Source: a virus (Duplodnaviria; Caudoviricetes). From it: a stretch of DNA of 60,489 nucleotides. Below, in pieces: positions 55,071-60,489 of this stretch (positions within the stretch are counted from its first letter, which is position 1; each line of letters opens with the position of its first letter). Under the pieces are notes generated by a model, which saw nothing but the letters and a program-made list of their open reading frames with translations, was not told the origin of the DNA and made no database searches. The position numbers and the translations under genes were made by a program. The stretch is taken from positions 1 to 60,489 of IMG/VR virus record IMGVR_UViG_3300037336_000242. One strand, written 5' to 3'.

Positions 55071-56047
55071 CACCAAGGCTCTCCATTCGGGTTTTGAGCA
55101 CATAGCTCATCAATCGCATTGCGTGAGGTGCGGGATTGCTCGACCCGCTTGATATCTTGGCGGGTGATCTGGCGGCCAGTGAGGTACTGGGTGCGGATTG
55201 CTTGGGCATCGGTAATCATCAAACCGACTGGGTGAGTTTTTTGCAGATAGAACGGGGTGTCGAGATTGATATAAAAACGCGCTAGGACAGGTGCAAGCTC
55301 GATACCAACCACATCAACAAACTTACTGATCTGGGTATTGATCTGAGCGTTACGCAGTGGCTCGATGCCGTAGCGGTTGAAATACGCATTTGCATAGGCA
55401 TTCCATGTATCCGCATTGCCCTGCTGTTTTTCGGTTTTGACAGCCACAGCTTTTGACCGTTTTGGTTTCTCGGTGACTTCGATTGGTTCTGGTTTTGACA
55501 GCTCCAACACTTGCGCCTTGAGCGCTTCGATCTGACCTTTCAAAGACTGATTTTCTGTCTCTAAAATTTCATTCGATTTTTTTAATTCAGCGATAGCGAT
55601 AGCGTCATCGCAATGTTTGTTTTGTTGGTTGGTTAGTTGTAATAAGGAAGGAAATGATGCTTTTGACACCTGACCCCTATGCTTTTGACACCTAAGGTCA
55701 TCGCTTTTGACACCTAAGGTCGCCATCTTCAGGGGTCGATTTGACACCTGACTACGGGTCATATTGACACCTAAGGTTGCACCGACATTCAGGGTAATTT
55801 CATCAGCAACCCGCACCCCATTTTTGTATGCTGATCGGGTACTGATCATGCCGTTTTGACGCAGCCATTTGACGTTACGCTTGACCGTGCTGATACTCTG
55901 ATCAATCGACTCTGCAATCGTTTCTTGCGCACGAAAACAAGTGTTAGTGTCTTTGCGGGTAAACCGTGCCAAATGCACCAGTAGCGGCTTAACGCCTGTT
56001 GGCAGTGTCGGCAATGCCTCTGCCCAATCCGTAGCTTGTTTGCTCAT
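55070..56047 (-). CDS. Phage replication initiator (lambda O-like, N-terminal wHTH)
   Basis: CFRAQETIAESIDQSISTVKRNVKWLRQNGMI; internal iterons; WNAYANAYFNRYGIEP C-terminal domain. Confidence 0.85.
   Translation of the reverse strand: MSKQATDWAEALPTLPTGVKPLLVHLARFTRKDTNTCFRAQETIAESIDQSISTVKRNVKWLRQNGMISTRSAYKNGVRVADEITLNVGATLGVNMTRSQVSNRPLKMATLGVKSDDLRCQKHRGQVSKASFPSLLQLTNQQNKHCDDAIAIAELKKSNEILETENQSLKGQIEALKAQVLELSKPEPIEVTEKPKRSKAVAVKTEKQQGNADTWNAYANAYFNRYGIEPLRNAQINTQISKFVDVVGIELAPVLARFYINLDTPFYLQKTHPVGLMITDAQAIRTQYLTGRQITRQDIKRVEQSRTSRNAIDELCAQNPNGEPW
55663..55772. repeat. Replication origin iterons: five TTGACACCT copies
   Basis: At 55663, 55685, 55707, 55741, 55764 (22, 22, 34, 23 bp spacing), next to an AT-rich tract. 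Confidence 0.85.
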
Positions 56048-56517
56048 TGCTTGACCCCATAGAATCTAACGCGGCCATCTGGCTCGCTGCAAAAAATGCG
56101 ACCGATTTGGCACATATCCCGCAAGTGTTTTTTAATCGTGTTTTTGTTGATCAGCAGCGCTTCAGCGATAACGTCACTGCTGACCAAGCCATTAGAATTT
56201 TTAATAAAATCGGCTATGGCGTTGCGCTTATCTATCACGCCTTGTCGCTGTGACTCATTGTGCGCCGCGATGCCTGTTGAGCTTAGCGCCGTGGGGTTAA
56301 AAGGGATTGCCACGCCGCTGTGGTTCGCCGGTGTAACCGCTTGCCCACCGTTCGCCAAAAACGCATTGACTTGCGCTTGCAAAAATGCAGACTGCAATTG
56401 CTTTTGTGACAGCGTATTGACTAGGCTACTTGCCCGCTTTACGTCTAGTAATTCAGCGTTGCTTAGATTCACGATTGCACCCCCAACAATTCCTTTCCCG
56501 CGTCGGTTAGACGCCAT
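56044..56517 (-). CDS. Winged-helix DNA-binding protein
   Basis: VSSDVIAEALLINKNTIKKHLRDMCQIG; start uncertain. Confidence 0.65.
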   Translation of the reverse strand: MASNRRGKGIVGGAIVNLSNAELLDVKRASSLVNTLSQKQLQSAFLQAQVNAFLANGGQAVTPANHSGVAIPFNPTALSSTGIAAHNESQRQGVIDKRNAIADFIKNSNGLVSSDVIAEALLINKNTIKKHLRDMCQIGRIFCSEPDGRVRFYGVKQ

Positions 56518-56774
56518 CCCTGTGGCAGTTCGCCATCGCCTTTAACCAGCCCCATCAGTGCAAAACCGTTTAGATACCGCTGCACACTACGAAGTGTGTA
56601 CTGATTCCCACTTTTTGTTAGTGAGTCGCGTAGGTCTACCGTGCTCATACGCGACGGATGACCCGCTTTAAGCAAAACCAGCATTGCAACCAGTCGCGCT
56701 GTAATCGCAGTTGTTGAACAATCGCGGGTGGTTGTCGCTAAGCGACTTGGTATTGCTTTAATGACTGCATTCAT
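56469..56774 (-). CDS. Winged-helix DNA-binding protein
   Basis: TLRSVQRYLNGFALMGLV...GWRLTDAG. Confidence 0.7.
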   Translation of the reverse strand: MNAVIKAIPSRLATTTRDCSTTAITARLVAMLVLLKAGHPSRMSTVDLRDSLTKSGNQYTLRSVQRYLNGFALMGLVKGDGELPQGWRLTDAGKELLGVQS

Positions 56775-56834
56775 TGCATAATCACCTTGCGTTGTTGCTG
56801 TTGTTCGGCAAACGGTTACACCCGCTTGCCACCT

Positions 56835-56866
56835 AAGCCCCGCTCATTCACTTGAGCGGGGTTTTT
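56835..56866. terminator. Strong hairpin/terminator next to solitary repeat
   Basis: AAGCCCCGCTCA-TTCACT-TGAGCGGGGTTTTT; T run on + strand. Confidence 0.7.
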
Positions 56867-56872
56867 GCTGTT

Positions 56873-56900
56873 TTGACCAATCCCGCAAAGCGCGGGATAC
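56873..56900 (-). CRISPR. Solitary CRISPR repeat unit
   Basis: Minus strand GTATCCCGCGCTTTGCGGGATTGGTCAA: 28 nt, GTATCCCG and CGGGATTGGTC identical to array repeats, perfect 7-bp stem, intergenic. Confidence 0.85.
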
Positions 56901-57081
56901 CTGCAATCCGTCCGTGAATTCGATCAGGCTACGGTGCAATCACGACTGGACTTGTTTTGGTTCGAGAAAACCGCAACAAGTAAGGAGGTAGTCGCTTGCA
57001 CTGCATCCGTTTTGCTGAACCTGCGGCACGGTTTGCTTATCCGCATCCAGCCTTAAGCCGCTGGCAGCCCACAACAAAGGG

Positions 57082-57309
57082 TTAATTGGAAAAAAAGAAA
57101 TCTACAAGCCCGTCATAAGTCAGCAAGCCGTCACTAGCATCTGCCAGTTTTCGGATGGTTTCCTTGCGCGGCTGTTTTCTTCGATAGACCAGATGAGTGT
57201 TTATGTACTTGCTGGACACGCCCGCACTATCTGCAAAATTTTGGCGATCTGGCTCATTCAATGCCCGCCAAAAAGCGTGCAAGTTCGACTGATTTTTCTG
57301 AGGCTGCAT
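57082..57309 (-). CDS. cro: Cro-like regulator
   Basis: 75-aa HTH (FADSAGVSSKYI...RKQP) divergent from repressor. Confidence 0.8.
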   Translation of the reverse strand: MQPQKNQSNLHAFWRALNEPDRQNFADSAGVSSKYINTHLVYRRKQPRKETIRKLADASDGLLTYDGLVDFFFSN

Positions 57310-57313
57310 AACC

Positions 57314-57396
57314 TACCCTATGAGTACAGACTAGCTATCAAATATACCTAAAAAGTAAGTATAAATCAACCAATTTAGTATTTTACCTTTTGGGTA
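57314..57396. promoter_or_regulatory. OR-like operators (TAC-N7-GTA) and PR-like promoter
   Basis: TACCCTATGAGTA 57314, TACCTAAAAAGTA 57345, AACCAATTTAGTA 57368, TACCTTTTGGGTA 57384; minus-strand TTGATT-N17-TATATT at 57369-57341. Confidence 0.75.
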
Positions 57397-57447
57397 TTTA
57401 AGTGCAGTATGAGTAGTCGGCTTTTGTCGGTTGCTGCGAGTGAGATC

Positions 57448-58155
57448 ATGCTTGACGATATCTATGAGGTACGCAGAAAAAACGTACTGTCCCTACAGAA
57501 ACAGTTCGGACTAGATCGGAAAGATTTAGCGGAAAAAATAGGCTTGTCTTATGCGCTAATGAGTCACTACATTGGGAAAACACCAACCAAGCGAATTGGT
57601 GACAGTGTTGCACGCAGGACAGAAGTCGCATTTAACAAACCTGAAGGCTACTTAGATCAAAACATGAGTGCATCCGTGAATCACTCGCTAACATTCCAAT
57701 CAGATATTGCGAGATATGGGCAACAGTCCCTGCTGATCGAAGGCGTGCAACCGACCCGCTTAGTGCCAGTTTTAAGCTGGGTGCAAGCTGGCAACTGGAC
57801 ACCCGCTATTGCAGCCACTGAAGCGGACGCGACCGAATGGCTGCCGTGGTATCCGACTTGTGGCAAAAATGGCTTTGCGCTGATCGTATCCGGCGAATCT
57901 ATGCTGCCAGACTTTCAGCCAGACGACCGAATTTATGTAAATCCCGATTGCGAAGTGGATAGTTTGCGCACCGGTGATCTTGTCGTGGTGTTTTGCGATG
58001 AAGACGGCACAGCCACGTTTAAGCGTCTGGTAGTCGAACCCAACAATATGCACCTAGAGCCACTGAATCCGAAGTACAAGGACGACAAGAAAATGAGCCT
58101 CAAGTATGGTTGCCGGCTTATCGGTAAAGTTGTTGGAATGCACCGTTATATTTGA
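57448..58155 (+). CDS. cI: CI-like repressor (HTH + S24 peptidase)
   Basis: N-terminal HTH, VPVLSWVQAG, SGESM, ATFKRL. Confidence 0.93.
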   Translation: MLDDIYEVRRKNVLSLQKQFGLDRKDLAEKIGLSYALMSHYIGKTPTKRIGDSVARRTEVAFNKPEGYLDQNMSASVNHSLTFQSDIARYGQQSLLIEGVQPTRLVPVLSWVQAGNWTPAIAATEADATEWLPWYPTCGKNGFALIVSGESMLPDFQPDDRIYVNPDCEVDSLRTGDLVVVFCDEDGTATFKRLVVEPNNMHLEPLNPKYKDDKKMSLKYGCRLIGKVVGMHRYI

Positions 58156-58171
58156 AGCGATAGAGGCTCAC

Positions 58172-58408
58172 ATGGATACACACGCCTTGATGGGGCAAAT
58201 AGACGCGCTAGAAATGATTCTGGTGCCACTGGCAAACAATCAGCCAAAACTCGTATTTGAGGTGATACAGCTACTTCGCAGCAATATGCCAGAGCTGTTA
58301 AGCGTGATAGAAAGTCGATCAAAACAACCGCTTCAACACAAGGCTGGTTTCTACGCAGAAATATCAAAAATCGAAAAAATCTGCACCGACTTATCAGTTT
58401 CGCCGTAA
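58172..58408 (+). CDS. Hypothetical protein downstream of cI; C-terminus supplied by mini-IS
   Basis: AGAGG RBS, ATG 58172; stop lies inside the 46-bp element. Confidence 0.6.
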   Translation: MDTHALMGQIDALEMILVPLANNQPKLVFEVIQLLRSNMPELLSVIESRSKQPLQHKAGFYAEISKIEKICTDLSVSP

Positions 58409-58440
58409 AACCTCGTCCTTTAGGTCGAGGAGGATGTCAA
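58395..58440 (+). mobile_element. 46-bp miniature IS200/IS605 derivative (solo hairpin)
   Basis: 58411-58440 identical to 478-507; preceded by TTAT then CAGTTTCGCCGTAAAA, a left-end-like sequence. Confidence 0.75.
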
Positions 58441-58591
58441 TGCTGGCAATGGAGTCCAGCACACCGTCTTAGCTTTAACTGAGCAGCCATTTTTTTAATA
58501 ACAGCCTTAATTTCAGGAAGATGGATCAAGCCCTGATAGGTTTGATTGTCCGAATTTTCATTTTTCACGTCTGACACGTCGCATCCCCCAC

Positions 58592-58619
58592 AAAACCCGC
58601 CCACAGTGGCGGGTTTTTT
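58592..58619 (+). terminator. Terminator of cI operon
   Basis: AAAACCCGCC-CACAGT-GGCGGGTTTTTT. Confidence 0.8.
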
Positions 58620-58632
58620 ATTGCCCTTAATA

Positions 58633-58714
58633 TACCAGGGAAGTACACAAAAAAAGGCTAGGTATAAAAATAAACCTAAAAATCGTTTACCTTTTTACAC
58701 CTATGGGGTATATT
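58633..58714 (+). promoter_or_regulatory. OL-like operators and PL-like promoter
   Basis: TACCAGGGAAGTA 58633, CACCTATGGGGTA 58698; TTTACC-N17-TATATT 58686-58714. Confidence 0.7.
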
Positions 58715-58806
58715 AAATCAGGCGCACACACGCAAAAAAAGGCCGCTCAGTTGTTTCAGCAACTAGCGGCCATGACCCCGAGTAGTACCCACGGAGCAAG
58801 CAGATT

Positions 58807-59097
58807 ATGACGGATAGACCCCCAGTGGTGCAAGTGGTCGAAGTGACCGCAAACGGCATCTACGCCATGATTCGAGGCGAAGAACTCGCGTGGAACAAGT
58901 CGAAAGACGTGTTCTTCATTCGAGTCGGCGGAAAGTGGACTAAAACAGTCCCAAGCAAGTTTCAGCAGTCAGTGCTGAAAGACCGCCACGCAAGCCACGT
59001 CTACAAAGCGGCACGGATCGCCAACGCCGGTAACTTTCGCAAGACACAAAACTGGTTAGATAACCAAGACTTCCTATCGCGGGAGCGCAACGCATGA
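58807..59097 (+). CDS. Hypothetical early protein
   Basis: First ORF after PL-like promoter. Confidence 0.6.
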   Translation: MTDRPPVVQVVEVTANGIYAMIRGEELAWNKSKDVFFIRVGGKWTKTVPSKFQQSVLKDRHASHVYKAARIANAGNFRKTQNWLDNQDFLSRERNA

Positions 59098-59405
59098 ACG
59101 AATTCATCAAAAAAGCAATCTTATTGGGCGACACACTCGACACACTCGACGCGCTGCTGACCGCAAACGAATTCGATCAAGCCGTCCGCATGATCGAAAC
59201 CGCGCTAGACAATGGCGACATGAGCCAAACCGCCTATAGCTGCTGGCACGCGCTAATCGCATCGGGTCGCCAGATTCACCGCGATACGCTTTTTGGGCGC
59301 ACGCTCAAATCAATCGGCAACAACTACACCCCCGCAGAACTCGACGCACTTTGCACCGAGTGGCACGACACACAGGCCAGTCTTGAAGCGAGCGTGCGGC
59401 TATGA
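59094..59405 (+). CDS. Hypothetical early protein
   Basis: ATGA overlap with upstream ORF. Confidence 0.6.
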   Translation: MNEFIKKAILLGDTLDTLDALLTANEFDQAVRMIETALDNGDMSQTAYSCWHALIASGRQIHRDTLFGRTLKSIGNNYTPAELDALCTEWHDTQASLEASVRL

Positions 59406-59509
59406 AAACCCTTGCGCTTGAATGTGCGTTTGCGCTTTTTGCGCTGTTGTGTGGCGCGGCTACATATGCCGCAAGTCTTGAAATCTACCTGATGGCGTGT
59501 GGGGTTTAA
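59402..59509 (+). CDS. 35-aa hydrophobic peptide
   Basis: MKTLALECAFALFALLCGAATYAASLEIYLMACGV; ATGA coupling. Confidence 0.45.
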   Translation: MKTLALECAFALFALLCGAATYAASLEIYLMACGV

Positions 59510-59536
59510 CCCACCCGCTTAACCCGAATAAGGAAA

Positions 59537-60100
59537 TTGATTATGATCATTTCAGATCAAGCAACTCACGAACAACCACCTTTTGATACGCACCCCGCTG
59601 TATGCGTATCTGTGATCGACATCGGTACACAACGCCGTGAGTACAAGGGCGTGGTCAAGATGCTACGCCGCGTCCGTATCGGCTTTCAGTTGCCAGATTG
59701 CCTGCGCACCATTGGCGAACATGCAGGCAAACCATTCCTAATGACCGAGTTTTATACCACGTCATTGTCGGAAAAGGCCACCTTATGCACGATTCTCGAA
59801 TCATGGCGTGGGCGCAAATTTACCGAGGAGGAAAAACGCGGTTTTGACCTAAAAAACTTGCTTGGTGCGCCTTGTATGCTGCAAGTCATCGAGGGTAATA
59901 CTGGCAAGGCTCACATCGGGGGCGTTACCAAAATGTACAAAGGCTTGCCCACCCCGCAAATGGTCGGCGGCACGCAATATCTAAGCCTAGATAATTTTGA
60001 TCGAGCTGTTTTTGAAGGCTTGAGCGACGGTATTAAGGCGATGATTGAAGCAAGCCCTGAATATCAGCGACTCGACGACGTAGAACAAGCTTTCGGCTAA
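59537..60100 (+). CDS. Phage replication/recombination protein (SSB-like family)
   Basis: HPAVCVSVIDIGTQ...YTTSLSEKATL...LESWRGRKFT...LLGAPCML. Confidence 0.7.
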   Translation: MIMIISDQATHEQPPFDTHPAVCVSVIDIGTQRREYKGVVKMLRRVRIGFQLPDCLRTIGEHAGKPFLMTEFYTTSLSEKATLCTILESWRGRKFTEEEKRGFDLKNLLGAPCMLQVIEGNTGKAHIGGVTKMYKGLPTPQMVGGTQYLSLDNFDRAVFEGLSDGIKAMIEASPEYQRLDDVEQAFG

Positions 60101-60149
60101 CCCAACCAACCCGCCCCTAGAAATAGGGGTTTTTCAAAGGAATTTTAAA

Positions 60150-60470
60150 ATGAGTCAAAGACCCTTAGCGAGTGATGTTGCTGGAGAAATCAGCGACTTT
60201 CTGGAGAAGCACAGCATGACGGCTTATCAGCTATCCATACTTGCAGGAATGAGCCATACCTGTGTACCTCAAATTCTGCTACGCCAAAACACCGGCGGGC
60301 GCGTCGAGCTGAAAACGCTAAAAGCGATACGGGCCGCGATGGATAACCACTTACAACCAGTGGCAGTGGCAGTGGCAGAAACCAGCGGACAGTCGCGGCT
60401 TCTTAGCGAACTGCTAAAACTGGCGACAAAACAGCAACTAGAGGCTTTAGTCTTGCAACTGAGCAAGTGA
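60150..60470 (+). CDS. HTH DNA-binding protein
   Basis: FLEKHSMTAYQLSILAGMSH...VELKTLKAI. Confidence 0.65.
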   Translation: MSQRPLASDVAGEISDFLEKHSMTAYQLSILAGMSHTCVPQILLRQNTGGRVELKTLKAIRAAMDNHLQPVAVAVAETSGQSRLLSELLKLATKQQLEALVLQLSK

Positions 60471-60489
60471 AGCAAACCAACAAAGGATG

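Noticed and set aside
55116-55143. Repeat-like GCATTGCGTGAGGTGCGGGATTGCTCGA (about 22/28 to a hybrid repeat consensus)
   Set aside because: Antisense within the initiator coding sequence and the stem is disrupted; kept only as a curiosity unless an antisense RNA is found
56791-56809. Partial match of cryptic-array spacer 1 (13 of first 16 nt) near the solitary repeat
   Set aside because: Low-complexity AAC sequence, seed mismatch, upstream TTT is not an expected PAM
56900-57081. Possible cII-like gene between cro and the solitary repeat
   Set aside because: Only a roughly 40-codon ORF without RBS or HTH features; region may be non-coding

Overview
This window is a large part of a temperate myovirus genome with P1-like virion genes. 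These include portal, head protease, major capsid, split sheath, tube, baseplate, Sit-like protein, an intein-containing large terminase and DarA/Hdf/DdrA/DdrB/Hxr-like head proteins. They are joined to a lambdoid control and replication region (CI/Cro with operators, an O-like initiator with iterons), a c4-antisense/antirepressor module and two DNA methyltransferases. A type IV-A CRISPR-Cas cassette (csf3-csf2-csf1-cas6-dinG, no cas1/cas2) is inserted on the opposite strand between late operons. It is flanked by a conventional leader-containing array and a second, leaderless array with highly degenerate repeats but exact 32-nt spacers. A solitary intact copy of the same repeat lies about 40 kb away inside the cro (early lytic) transcript, which suggests the Cas machinery is wired into phage regulation. 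Other signals are a DdrB-like polyprotein with a repeated tag behind putative FD-S protease sites, an 11-copy late promoter motif (AWYGGAACC-N27/28-YANNNT), an IS200/IS605 tnpB end plus a 46-bp mini-element, and an alternative-frame ORF inside the C5 methyltransferase. Protein calls rest on motif recognition and recalled similarity to P1/lambda families, not on searches. No integrase, partition or clear endolysin gene is visible in the window.
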